32,000 nucleotides of DNA from Candidatus Saccharimonadota bacterium (GCA_003516025.1 CP023991.1:360001-392000), one strand, 5' to 3'; positions 10,514 through 19,250 are shown, counted from the stretch's first letter. The notes: generated by a model not told the origin, from the sequence alone. Program-made: numbers and translations.

Positions 10514-12601
10514 TGACTGGTTAACGAATGCCAACTCCATTTGCAGGAGCCAGGCCCGTTGCTCTGCCTGCTTGGTAAAATGTGACGCGCCGCTTAAGGG
10601 GACGAACTGGTACGGGCAATTGTGTTCGCCCAGTATCCGCAGAAGTTCCAAGCTGTTGCCGGGTAGGACATTATCGTCGCTGAGGCCATGGATTAACATG
10701 ATAGGCCGGTAGGCTTTACTGGCGGCTTTGAGCAATGATGATTTATCGTATGCTTGCGCCTGTTCATCCGGATTGCCGAGATAGCGTTCGGTGTAGTGAG
10801 TATCGTACAAACGCCATTCCGTAACGGGCGCGCCACTGATGCTGGCGTGGATATCATGTGGGTACAAAACGGACAAAAATGCCGACAAATAGCCACCGAA
10901 CGACCAGCCGCGAACGCCGACGCGCGAGCCATCGAGGTCGGGAAACTGTACGAGCGCGTCATGTAATGCCGTGATCTGGGCGGCGGCAACCTCGGTGATC
11001 AGGTCGCTATGAATTTGACGTTCCCACTGCAAATCACGTCCCGGCGTGCCGGGCCCATCAACCGATAAAACGGCATAACCCTGGTCGGCCCACCATTGGG
11101 ATTCCAGATAGCTCCTGGAGCTGAACATTACTTCCTGATGGTGTGGTCCGCCGTAAACCTGTAGTATAACCGGTAATTTCGTCCCCGCGGCATGGTTTGC
11201 GGGCAGTACCAGGCTGGCCTGTAGTTTCTCGGTACCAACTGTGAAAAAGCGAGGTTCCGGCCAGCTTTTCGGGGCGGCAGCATGTGATGTTATGCGTAAC
11301 GCCTGTGGCTTGCCGGTGGCTCCGGATTGAAGCAGATACTGGCGCGTGCCACCAGCCATAACGGCTCCGGTAATGAAAATGAGGTCGTTGGAAATCAGCG
11401 CTGAAAATAATCCACCGGCCGGTGAAAGTTGCAAGTTCTTATTACTGCTGATGTGTTGAGCGAAAACCACCCGTTCCTTAGGATCGGGCGAGGCGGTGTA
11501 AACCACCCAGTCGCCGCAGGTGCCGATAAAATCATCAACATGATGGTCGGTGGGAGTTATAGCGGCGCCGTCGTATGAAATCCGGCGCTTTTCCTGGCTG
11601 GTCAGGCTAATGATGTGCCCGTCGCTATCGGCGTAAGGGAGCGGCTGCAATATGTCGACCCAGACCTTATCTTCTATATCATGCACGGAAACAGTCGCAT
11701 TATCTTCGATAACTTTGTGTAATTGCAACCGGCGTTGGCCGCGGCTCTGCAGGCTGATATATATGTCATTGGTTCGCCACTGGACATTGGTGAGATAGGG
11801 AAGAGCGGTTTTATCCCAAACTATTTCCTGGCGTTCGGATGAGTTCAGATGAAGTCTGAACAGCGAGACGACGGCGTTCGGTGTACCGGCGGCCGGATAC
11901 TTGAAGCTGTGTGGTGTTTCCAAGGAATTTTCCGAAACGGCGTAGGCGTCATGGACGGCAGTTTCATCGACACGGGCGGCTAGTAAATCCAGAGAGTCGG
12001 GGGACCACCAGTAACCGCGGTACCGCTCAAATTCTTCGGAGGCGGCGAACTCGGCCCGGCCCCAGAAAATGGTTTCCGATTCGTTGGCTACCAGTAGTTT
12101 CGGCTCGGCGTCACTGTGGCTGGCAACGGCCCACAACCCTTCGTGATTAACGAAAGCGATATGTGAGGAGTCAAAGCTGAAGCGCGGGTCGAATGCCGAA
12201 GATACATGGGCAAACTGCTCGGCTTGCAGCGTCCGCGTATTGATAAGCCAGAGACTGCCATTATAGGTAAAACACAGCAGTTTACCATCTTTCGAGGACG
12301 TATAACTGGTGATGCCCATCGAAGTCTCACGCAGGCGCTCGCGCTGGCGTTCTTCTTCGGGTGTCAACTGCGTGTCCGCGCGGTGGGTCAGCGGATCAAA
12401 CACTAACTGTTCGCTTCCGCTGCTGATTTCCAGCCGCCACAGGCTGTTGACGTTTGAAGTGCCGCTATCGGAACGGGTGAAATATATATACGCGGCGTCG
12501 TCGTTCAGCGTAAAGTTACGCGGCATGCCAAGGGTATACGAGTGGGTCCGGGCGAGTTCCAGGGCCTGTGTATCTAAGTTCATCGCTTGTATTGTACGCA
12601 A
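10496..12601 (-). CDS. S9-family serine peptidase (dipeptidyl-peptidase IV / prolyl oligopeptidase-like)
   Basis: 701-aa ORF. N-terminal beta-propeller-like region; C-terminal alpha/beta hydrolase with nucleophile elbow GWSFGGY, plus downstream D and H candidates (HGLSDDNV, SGASHF). Confidence 0.9.
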   Translation of the reverse strand: MRTIQAMNLDTQALELARTHSYTLGMPRNFTLNDDAAYIYFTRSDSGTSNVNSLWRLEISSGSEQLVFDPLTHRADTQLTPEEERQRERLRETSMGITSYTSSKDGKLLCFTYNGSLWLINTRTLQAEQFAHVSSAFDPRFSFDSSHIAFVNHEGLWAVASHSDAEPKLLVANESETIFWGRAEFAASEEFERYRGYWWSPDSLDLLAARVDETAVHDAYAVSENSLETPHSFKYPAAGTPNAVVSLFRLHLNSSERQEIVWDKTALPYLTNVQWRTNDIYISLQSRGQRRLQLHKVIEDNATVSVHDIEDKVWVDILQPLPYADSDGHIISLTSQEKRRISYDGAAITPTDHHVDDFIGTCGDWVVYTASPDPKERVVFAQHISSNKNLQLSPAGGLFSALISNDLIFITGAVMAGGTRQYLLQSGATGKPQALRITSHAAAPKSWPEPRFFTVGTEKLQASLVLPANHAAGTKLPVILQVYGGPHHQEVMFSSRSYLESQWWADQGYAVLSVDGPGTPGRDLQWERQIHSDLITEVAAAQITALHDALVQFPDLDGSRVGVRGWSFGGYLSAFLSVLYPHDIHASISGAPVTEWRLYDTHYTERYLGNPDEQAQAYDKSSLLKAASKAYRPIMLIHGLSDDNVLPGNSLELLRILGEHNCPYQFVPLSGASHFTKQAEQRAWLLQMELAFVNQSLQVLA

Positions 12602-12668
12602 CTCGCCGCCGTCATGCCAGACCGGATATAAAAAAGCTTACGCTTATTTAAATGATTTATCGGCCGCA

Positions 12669-12677
12669 TGCTACAAT
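12669..12677 (+). promoter_or_regulatory. Candidate extended -10 box (TGCTACAAT), 7 nt before the ATG at 12685
   Basis: CATGCTACAAT closely matches CATGCTATATT upstream of rpoD. Its position implies a leaderless transcript. Confidence 0.4.
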
Positions 12678-12684
12678 TAATCGT

Positions 12685-13050
12685 ATGAAAAGTCCGATAA
12701 CCCGCTTTCTCATCCGCTGGTTAGTATCAAGTTTAGGCCTCTGGATCGCCGCTGGTATTTTTACCGATTCTATTGACTATGAAGGCCGGGTCGGCGTCAT
12801 TATTACCGCTGGCTTTATCCTGGCGATTATAAACGTTTTTATCCGTCCGATCGTCGTAATCCTGTCCTTGCCGGCGATTTTATTCTCGCTGGGCCTGTTT
12901 ATGATCGTCGTGAACGGCTTCATGGTCTTTTTGGCCAGCGTGCTGTACGACCCGTTGCATATTAGTAACTTTTGGGTCGCAATACTTGCCGGTATGGTGA
13001 TCGGCCTTGTAAACTATTTAGTATCGGCAATTTTAGAAGAACGGAAGTAG
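12685..13050 (+). CDS. Four-TM membrane protein of the phage-holin-4 / DUF360 (YvlD-like) family
   Basis: 121 aa from ATG 12685 (the track ORF starts at 12652). Pattern GLWIAAGIF...AIINVFIRPIVVILSLPAILFSLGLFMIVVNGFMVFLAS is typical of this family. Confidence 0.72.
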   Translation: MKSPITRFLIRWLVSSLGLWIAAGIFTDSIDYEGRVGVIITAGFILAIINVFIRPIVVILSLPAILFSLGLFMIVVNGFMVFLASVLYDPLHISNFWVAILAGMVIGLVNYLVSAILEERK

Positions 13051-13060
13051 GCTACATACT

Positions 13061-13279
13061 ATGGACTTGAGCATTTTTAACTACATTACCATCGCGTCGG
13101 TCGTCCTGTTGACCATCCTGATACTTGTACAGACCCGTGGCGCGTCTTTGGGCGCGGGCCTGGGCGGCACAGCGGAGGTTAACACAACCCGCCGCGGCAC
13201 CGACAAGACGATATACCAGCTGACCATCATTACCGGCATTGTTTTCGCCCTGTCCCTGATCCTAAGCATATTAGTTTAA
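13061..13279 (+). CDS. secG: Preprotein translocase subunit SecG
   Basis: 72-aa two-TM ORF with a central Gly-rich loop (LVQTRGASLGAGLGGTAE...RRGTDKT), as in SecG. Confidence 0.78.
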   Translation: MDLSIFNYITIASVVLLTILILVQTRGASLGAGLGGTAEVNTTRRGTDKTIYQLTIITGIVFALSLILSILV

Positions 13280-13298
13280 ATAGAGACAATAACCGTTC

Positions 13299-15065
13299 AT
13301 GAGTCTAGACTTTAGTAAACGCAGGCTGCGCAAACGGCAGCGCCAGGTGGAGGCGATCGGTGTATCGGCTGAAAGTCTGGCTGAACGGCACTTTTTTCGG
13401 CGGCTTGACCGCCTGGTGGCAGTCCGGCGGTTTATTATCGGCTGGCTATTATTTTTCGTACTTATATGCGGCTGCCTGGTCGGGCAGATCCGGGCGCTTG
13501 ACGGCCATTTTCGGCATTTGAGCCCGGTCCCCGGCGGTATCTATACGGAAGGTATTCTTGGTGATTTCACCACTGCTAACCCGCTGTATGCCAGCGGTGA
13601 AGTTGATGAATCGGTAGCCAAGCTGGTGTTCGCCGGCTTAATGACCTATGACCAGCAAAATAAATTGGTTGGCGATATGGCCGAGGGTTATACGGTGGAT
13701 GCCACGGAAAAGATTTATACTGTTACGCTTCGCCCCAACCTCAGCTGGCATGACGGCGCGCCGCTAACGGCCCGTGACGTTCTGTTTACCTATAAAACCA
13801 TCCAAAATCCGGATACCATGTCCAGCCTCAACCAAAGCTGGAAAGATATTACAGTGGCCGCTCCTGATGACCGGACGGTAACGTTTACTTTGCCGAATCC
13901 GCTCAGCGCCTTTCCATATCAGATAACCAACGGTATCATCCCGGAGCATCTACTACGGGACGTCGCGCCAAACGAGTTGCGGTCAACTTCTTTCAATACG
14001 ATACAGCCTGTCGGTTCGGGACCGTTTATGTGGCAAAAGATTCAGGTGAGCGGCGATACGCCGGAAACCCGGGAAGAGCAGATCGCCCTGGCTCCATTTA
14101 CGAAATATCATGGTGGAGAACCAAAACTAGCCAGCTTTGTGATCCACGCTTTCCATGATGCTGACCGCATGGCCACCAGCTTTAAAAACCGGGAATTAAC
14201 AGCTGCCAGTTTCCTGGAGCTGCCCGGTGATGCCAAAGAAGATTCCAGTGTTCAGACAAAAGACCTCTTGCTGACTGCCGCCAATATGGTTTTCTTCAAG
14301 GAGAGTAGCACTGTGCTGGCGGATGCTAATGTACGCAAGGCGCTGGTGCAAAGCGCGAATGTTCCTGACATTATGTCGTCGCTAGGCTATGTTACCCGGC
14401 CGGTTAAAGGACCGTTCCTGCAAAGCCAGTCAAGCTATGACCCGACCTCAGCCCAGGCCGGATACGATGTTGCTGCTGCCGGTGCGTTGCTGGATAAGGC
14501 CGGCTGGATACCCGGCGCCAACGGTATCAGGGTCAAGGGCGGCGTCCCGCTTATGTTCTCGTTACTGGCTCAGGACACGCCAGAAAACAGGGTAGTCGCG
14601 CAGCGCTTAACCGGTGACTGGAAGAAACTCGGCGTCCAGGCCACGCTGCAGTTACGTGAGGACGCTGACATCCAAAGGTCTATTAACGACCAGAACTACG
14701 AAGCATTACTGTATGGTATTTCGATTGGCGTCGACCCTGATATATATGCTTATTGGCATAGTTCTCAAAAAGATCCCCGTTCCAACCGCCTGAACTTTTC
14801 CCAATTCAGCTCGAAAGTAGCCGACGCGGCCCTCGAAGGTGGTAGGACGCGCAACGACCTGGTGCTGCGCGCAGCAAAGTATAAACCGTTCCTGCAGGCC
14901 TGGCAGCAGGACACGCCGGCCCTCGGCCTGTACCAGCCGCGCTACCTGTATGCCACGCATGGTACGGTCTATGGGTTGGATGCCCGGACCATTAACACGG
15001 ACACTGACCGTTTCAACAATGTGGCTAACTGGCAAATTCGCCAGGCGCCGGTTAATGACCGCTAA
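13299..15065 (+). CDS. ABC transporter substrate-binding protein, family 5 (peptide/nickel type), N-terminally membrane-anchored
   Basis: 588-aa ORF. N-terminal TM (FIIGWLLFFVLICGCLV), then SBP_bac_5-like blocks (YTVTLRPNLSWHDGAPLTARDVLFTY, GSGPFMW). Confidence 0.88.
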   Translation: MSLDFSKRRLRKRQRQVEAIGVSAESLAERHFFRRLDRLVAVRRFIIGWLLFFVLICGCLVGQIRALDGHFRHLSPVPGGIYTEGILGDFTTANPLYASGEVDESVAKLVFAGLMTYDQQNKLVGDMAEGYTVDATEKIYTVTLRPNLSWHDGAPLTARDVLFTYKTIQNPDTMSSLNQSWKDITVAAPDDRTVTFTLPNPLSAFPYQITNGIIPEHLLRDVAPNELRSTSFNTIQPVGSGPFMWQKIQVSGDTPETREEQIALAPFTKYHGGEPKLASFVIHAFHDADRMATSFKNRELTAASFLELPGDAKEDSSVQTKDLLLTAANMVFFKESSTVLADANVRKALVQSANVPDIMSSLGYVTRPVKGPFLQSQSSYDPTSAQAGYDVAAAGALLDKAGWIPGANGIRVKGGVPLMFSLLAQDTPENRVVAQRLTGDWKKLGVQATLQLREDADIQRSINDQNYEALLYGISIGVDPDIYAYWHSSQKDPRSNRLNFSQFSSKVADAALEGGRTRNDLVLRAAKYKPFLQAWQQDTPALGLYQPRYLYATHGTVYGLDARTINTDTDRFNNVANWQIRQAPVNDR

Positions 15066-15126
15066 CGGTTGCGTTAACCGCCTGTTTACAGTACAATTAC
15101 CCGAGTAAATCAGCAGTTACCGACCC

Positions 15127-15213
15127 GCGGATGTGGTGAAATTGGTATACACGCTAGTTTCAGGTACTAGTGGGCGCAAGCTCGTGGAGGTTCAAGTCCT
15201 CTCATCCGCACCA
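15127..15213 (+). tRNA. tRNA-Leu (anticodon CAG), type II with long variable arm, CCA encoded
   Basis: Acceptor GCGGATG/CATCCGC, anticodon arm CTAGT-TTCAGGT-ACTAG, T arm GGAGG-TTCAAGT-CCTCT, 87 nt. Confidence 0.93.
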
Positions 15214-15217
15214 AACT

Positions 15218-15250
15218 AAAAGCCCAGGCATTTGTCTGGGCTTTTAGTTT
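15218..15250 (+). terminator. Rho-independent terminator after tRNA-Leu(CAG)
   Basis: AAAAGCCCAG-gcatttgt-CTGGGCTTTT followed by AGTTT. Confidence 0.8.
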
Positions 15251-15365
15251 GGTTTGAGCGAACATGAAACTCCAGTCGCGGAGGTGAGAATTGCCAGTGG
15301 GAATTCTCAAGGCAATCTTCCGATGCCAACTATGTTGGCAATAGTGAAGTTGCGGGGCTACGAAA

Positions 15366-15392
15366 GGTGGCCAAGTCCTCTCATCTTGCGGA
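15366..15392 (+). pseudogene. tRNA-Leu 3'-end-like fragment (degenerate T arm plus acceptor strand)
   Basis: CAAGTCCTCTCATC (15372-15385) is a 14-nt exact copy of tRNA-Leu positions 15193-15206 and 19076-19089. The flanking bases are degenerate and no cloverleaf can be completed. Confidence 0.55.
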
Positions 15393-15397
15393 TACAC

Positions 15398-15443
15398 TAT
15401 TGACATAAGAGTTATAATATATTATACAGCCACTGTCAATACC
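15398..15443. repeat. Inverted-repeat element, copy 1 (TATTGACA-28 nt-TGTCAATA)
   Basis: Shares TATTGACATAAGnGTTATA (18/19) and CTGTCAATACC (11/11) with copy 2 at 18882-18921. Confidence 0.7.
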
Positions 15444-15464
15444 CCTTGTGCTTAACCTGTGAAT

Positions 15465-15474
15465 TGCTTATAAT
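15465..15474 (+). promoter_or_regulatory. Candidate promoter -10 region (TGCTTATAAT) for the 528-aa beta-helix protein gene
   Basis: TATAAT at 15469-15474, 27 nt before the ATG at 15502, with AAGG between them. Confidence 0.35.
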
Positions 15475-15501
15475 TTGGTTAACTAAGGTAGAATTACATA
15501 T

Positions 15502-17088
15502 ATGGCATCACGATTACCAACTCCCGGTTCAGACGATGGTACTTGGGGTGATATCCTCAATGACTTCTTAAGCCAAGCCCATAACACCGATGGTTCACTT
15601 AAGCCACTCACACAGTCACAAATTCAGAATCTCACAGCCGACCTGGCCGTTAAGGCCGGCACTGCAGATCTCAACGCTAAAGTCAGTAATAGCGATCTTG
15701 ATACTAAAACTGCTGCACTAGTTGGTAACGCAAGCAGTACCACAAATAGCGCCCTGAGGGCGGCCTACGTCAATCTTGATAATCTGCCTGTGAATCCGCG
15801 CGACAATCCAGCCTGGAACCCAGCGCCTGGAGCGGATAATGGTGCGATGGTACAAGTAATCCTGGACAACTTATATGCTAACGGAGGAGGAACGCTGTAC
15901 CTGAATACGGTACTCAACACAAGCGTGGCATTAACTACGGGTAGCGGCGTTCGTATTATCGGTTCAAATCCGTTTGTTTCAGTTATTCGAGCACTGTCCG
16001 CCTTTCCAGCTAACACGCCAGTTGTCCGACTGGATCGCTCGGGTGGTGTTACCCCCGAGTTTTATAACCGATTAGAATCCATTACCATTGACTGTAACGA
16101 TATCGCTGATACTGGTGTTTACTCACAAAGTTGTCAAGAACAGGGCGGGCTGATTGATTGCCGGATCGTTAAGTGGCGTTCTAAAGGCATTCATTTAAAA
16201 GGCTCAGCAGTTATGCACTGCAATATGGATGACCTATGGGTTTACTCTTCTACGCAGGCCAGTCCTACTGGAGCGGTAGCCTTGACTATGGAGCAACTTG
16301 GTGGCACGGTCTCGGTACGTCGAGGCTCATTTATTAACACGGCAAATACTGCTGCATCTCAGGCGAATGGTGTTTATGTGCTTGGTTCCACGGCCGTCGC
16401 ATTCGATACTGTGCACTTAGAAGGGGGATCGATTGTATTAGATAACTCTAACGCGTCCGTCACCTCGGCCACCGGTCATTCCACGGTGCCTTCTTTAATT
16501 CGAGCAACTACGGCCACGAGCAGTGTCGAATGGAAGAACATTAGCCGGATGGGCTCGACGTATACGATCGAGGACAGCACTTCTGGAACCGCGCAATCGT
16601 ATACGGCAACGTCTGGTTCAACGGGTAACGGCGGGCTGGTAATCGGAACTAACGCCACTCTCGCCGATCTGCGGGTGATTTCGTCGGCAGGTAAATCGGG
16701 CACCGTTTCAATAACTGACTGGCTATCTCCAACCCTGGCGATTCTGGCGCGAGTACTGCGCTCGGGCAACATTGAATCGCGCGGCGACCGCTTCGTTCGA
16801 CGTAATGATGGCACTGGTGGCTACACTATTTCTAAATTAGACGGCGCAGTCCAGTGGGAAATGCTATGGGACAATTCAACCAGTAACTGGCTGCTTAGGA
16901 ATGCAGCAGGTACGAACGCTCTCGCTGTTACGCAAGCTGGGGCGATGAAGTTGTCCGTGTTTGTTTCGGCTAGCAGACCGTCGGCGGCGTCTTCTGGGCA
17001 AGGCGCAATGATTTTTGACTCGACGTTGAACAAGCCTGTGTGGTCTGACGGGACTAATTGGCGTGATGCAAGTGGTACTATCGTCTAA
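15502..17088 (+). CDS. Tailspike/tail-fibre-like protein with predicted right-handed parallel beta-helix (pectin-lyase fold)
   Basis: 528-aa ORF. The N-terminal LPTPGSDDGTWGDILNDFL motif and C-terminal GAMIFDSTLNKPVWSDGTNWRDASG motif resemble, from memory, phage tail-fibre / pectate-lyase-superfamily proteins. The central part is G/N/S/T-rich and repetitive, like PbH1 repeats. No signal peptide is visible. Confidence 0.5.
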   Translation: MASRLPTPGSDDGTWGDILNDFLSQAHNTDGSLKPLTQSQIQNLTADLAVKAGTADLNAKVSNSDLDTKTAALVGNASSTTNSALRAAYVNLDNLPVNPRDNPAWNPAPGADNGAMVQVILDNLYANGGGTLYLNTVLNTSVALTTGSGVRIIGSNPFVSVIRALSAFPANTPVVRLDRSGGVTPEFYNRLESITIDCNDIADTGVYSQSCQEQGGLIDCRIVKWRSKGIHLKGSAVMHCNMDDLWVYSSTQASPTGAVALTMEQLGGTVSVRRGSFINTANTAASQANGVYVLGSTAVAFDTVHLEGGSIVLDNSNASVTSATGHSTVPSLIRATTATSSVEWKNISRMGSTYTIEDSTSGTAQSYTATSGSTGNGGLVIGTNATLADLRVISSAGKSGTVSITDWLSPTLAILARVLRSGNIESRGDRFVRRNDGTGGYTISKLDGAVQWEMLWDNSTSNWLLRNAAGTNALAVTQAGAMKLSVFVSASRPSAASSGQGAMIFDSTLNKPVWSDGTNWRDASGTIV

Positions 17089-17231
17089 GCCCCGAATAGG
17101 CGCTATGGGACGCTCGTGAGTACTTATAACTTTTTACCCCGCACTATAAAATCCCAAAATAGCATAAGCATTGCGTTAGACTGTGTGTTATCATAAGCAC
17201 TAAGAAATGGTGAGGATTTAAACGAAAAACT

Positions 17232-18869
17232 ATGAGTAAAGTTGCGCATTATCTCCAGGAACATGTAACCGGGGAGGTATTGACCAGCCCTGACGCCCGC
17301 CGCTATTTTGCTACTGACGGCAGTATCTTCGCGCTTTTGCCCGCCATGGTGGTCTATCCGCAGGGCGAAAGCGATATCCGTAAAACGGCCCGCTTTACCT
17401 GGCAGCTGGCCGAACGTGGCCGGGTGATCCCTATGACCGCCCGCGGCGCGGGAACCGACCAGAGCGGTGCGGCGCTTGGTACGGGTATTATGGTGGCTTT
17501 TACGGCCCACATGAACCGCATTGTCGAGTTCGACAGTAAGTCCGGCGTGGTAGTGGTCGAGCCAGGCATCAACTATGGTAAATTACAGCAGGCTCTGCAA
17601 ACCCACGGCCGCTTTTTACCGCCATTCCCGGCCAGTTATGAGTACTCCACGGTTGGCGGTGCTGTTGCCAACAACGCCGCTGGTGAAAAGAGTGTCAAGT
17701 ACGGCTCTACCATCGATTTTGTGCGCAGTCTGCGCGTAGTCCTGGCTAACGGGGAAGTCATTGAAACCGGACGCCTCAACAAAAAAGAATTCAACAAAAA
17801 ACTGGGCCTTTCCAGCTTCGAGGGCGAGCTGTACCGTGCCATCGACACTTTACTCGACGAAAACAAGGCGGTCATTGAAAAGTCGGAACTGGCCGTCAGT
17901 AAGAATTCGACTGGTTATAACCTGCTCGATATCAAGCGCAAAGATGGCTCGTTCGATCTGACACCGCTGTTTGTCGGCAGCCAGGGCACTTTAGGTATTG
18001 TTACCGAAGTAACGCTGGAAACCGCCAATTACAATCCGCAAACCACGCTGGTTGCCGCTATGCTCGAAAACTTCGACGACCTGCAAGCCGCAGTGTCGGA
18101 AATCCGCGAAAAAGTGCCTGAGGCCAGCGCTATCGAGATGGTCGATAAGCATCTGCTCGAGATGGTTCAGACTATTAATCCGAACCAGCTAAAGGGTATT
18201 ATCGAGGCGCCATTCCCGGCCGCCGTGCTGCTGGTTGAACTGGACGAAGGCGGTGACCGGGCCCAGAACAAGCAGACCAAAAAACTGGAAAAAATCCTGG
18301 AACGCTACACCCAAAAAATTCAGGTTGAAACCGACCCGATTGACCAGGATAAATTGTGGAAGATCCGCCATGCGTCAGCTGCCGTCAGCGCGCATATTAG
18401 CGGCACCAAGAAAGCACTGCCAATTATCGAAGACGGTATCGTGCCACTGAACAAGTTCAAGCAGTATATCGAAGGCGTGTATGCGCTGTTTGCCCGGCAC
18501 CGCCTGGACGTGGCGGTCTGGGGCCATGCCGGTGACGCCAACTTACATTTGCAGCCGTTCCTGGACCTATCCGAAGTCGGTGACCGCCAGCAGGTTTTCA
18601 GCCTGATGAACGAATATTACGACCTGGTGATTGGCCTCGGCGGTTCGACCAGCGCAGAGCACAATGACGGCCGGTTACGCGGCCCCTACCTGGAACGCCT
18701 CTACGGCTCAGAGTTATATGCTGTATTCCAGAAGGTAAAACAAATTTGTGACCCGTACGGTACGCTCAACCCCGGTGTTAAGGTGAATGTGACGCTCGAG
18801 GGCATCAAACCGATGGTCCGTTCCCAGTTCAGCATGGAGCATCTGTACGACCATTTGCCGCGCACTTAG
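17232..18869 (+). CDS. FAD-linked oxidase (GlcD / D-lactate dehydrogenase family)
   Basis: 545-aa ORF. FAD_binding_4-like N-terminal half (VVYPQGESDI...ARGAGTDQSGAALG, GGAVANNAAG) and an FAD-oxidase C-terminal domain (GGSTSAEHNDGRLR, CDPYGTLNPG). Confidence 0.88.
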   Translation: MSKVAHYLQEHVTGEVLTSPDARRYFATDGSIFALLPAMVVYPQGESDIRKTARFTWQLAERGRVIPMTARGAGTDQSGAALGTGIMVAFTAHMNRIVEFDSKSGVVVVEPGINYGKLQQALQTHGRFLPPFPASYEYSTVGGAVANNAAGEKSVKYGSTIDFVRSLRVVLANGEVIETGRLNKKEFNKKLGLSSFEGELYRAIDTLLDENKAVIEKSELAVSKNSTGYNLLDIKRKDGSFDLTPLFVGSQGTLGIVTEVTLETANYNPQTTLVAAMLENFDDLQAAVSEIREKVPEASAIEMVDKHLLEMVQTINPNQLKGIIEAPFPAAVLLVELDEGGDRAQNKQTKKLEKILERYTQKIQVETDPIDQDKLWKIRHASAAVSAHISGTKKALPIIEDGIVPLNKFKQYIEGVYALFARHRLDVAVWGHAGDANLHLQPFLDLSEVGDRQQVFSLMNEYYDLVIGLGGSTSAEHNDGRLRGPYLERLYGSELYAVFQKVKQICDPYGTLNPGVKVNVTLEGIKPMVRSQFSMEHLYDHLPRT

Positions 18870-18881
18870 GCAGCTCTAGGG

Positions 18882-18921
18882 GGTATTGACATAAGCGTTA
18901 TATACACCTGCTGTCAATACC
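18882..18921. repeat. Inverted-repeat element, copy 2 (GGTATTGACA-20 nt-TGTCAATACC)
   Basis: Perfect 10-bp arms. Lies 13 nt after the FAD-oxidase stop and 88 nt before tRNA-Leu(GAG). Matches copy 1. Confidence 0.7.
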
Positions 18922-19009
18922 TTCTGACTTTTAACGGCTACGGGCTTGAGTTTTTAACTAAAAACAGATACGATAGGTGGGTTCTTTTACATTCCCAGGC
19001 GGTCAGTAC

Positions 19010-19096
19010 GCGGATGTGGTGAAATTGGTATACACGCTACCTTGAGGTGGTAGTGGGCGCAAGCTCGTGGAGGTTCAAGTCCTCTCATCCGCACCA
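19010..19096 (+). tRNA. tRNA-Leu (anticodon GAG), type II, CCA encoded
   Basis: Identical to the tRNA at 15127-15213 except for the anticodon arm (CTACC-TTGAGGT-GGTAG). Confidence 0.93.
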
Positions 19097-19137
19097 AGAC
19101 TATATATCGTATGGTATACTGTTTTGGTAACAATTCA

Positions 19138-19214
19138 GGGTGATTAGCTCAGTTGGCTAGAGCATCTCGTTTACACCGAGAGGGTCGGGGGTTCGAGTCC
19201 CTCATCACCCACCA
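19138..19214 (+). tRNA. tRNA-Val (anticodon TAC), CCA encoded
   Basis: Acceptor GGGTGAT/ATCACCC, D arm AGCTCAGTTGGCTAGAGC, anticodon arm TCTCG-TTTACAC-CGAGA, T arm GGGGGTTCGAGTCCC, 77 nt. Confidence 0.93.
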
Positions 19215-19221
19215 AAACAAG

Positions 19222-19250
19222 AAGGTTCCGCAAGGAGCCTTTTTGTTTTG
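19222..19250 (+). terminator. Rho-independent terminator after tRNA-Val
   Basis: AAGGTTCC-GCAA-GGAGCCTT (8-bp stem with one G-U pair, tetraloop) followed by TTTTGTTTTG. Confidence 0.8.

Noticed and set aside
15167-15406. 79-aa minus-strand ORF spanning the tRNA-Leu(CAG) 3' end, its terminator and the tRNA fragment.
   Set aside because: It overlaps a confident tRNA and terminator. The region is better explained as non-coding structured DNA.
15398-15443. Reading the TTGACA-containing inverted-repeat element as a standard sigma-70 promoter (TTGACA plus TATAAT).
   Set aside because: TTGACA and the nearest TATAAT are only 7 nt apart. At a 17-nt spacing the -10 hexamers are poor in copy 1 and absent in copy 2. 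The palindromic architecture fits an operator, REP or hairpin better.
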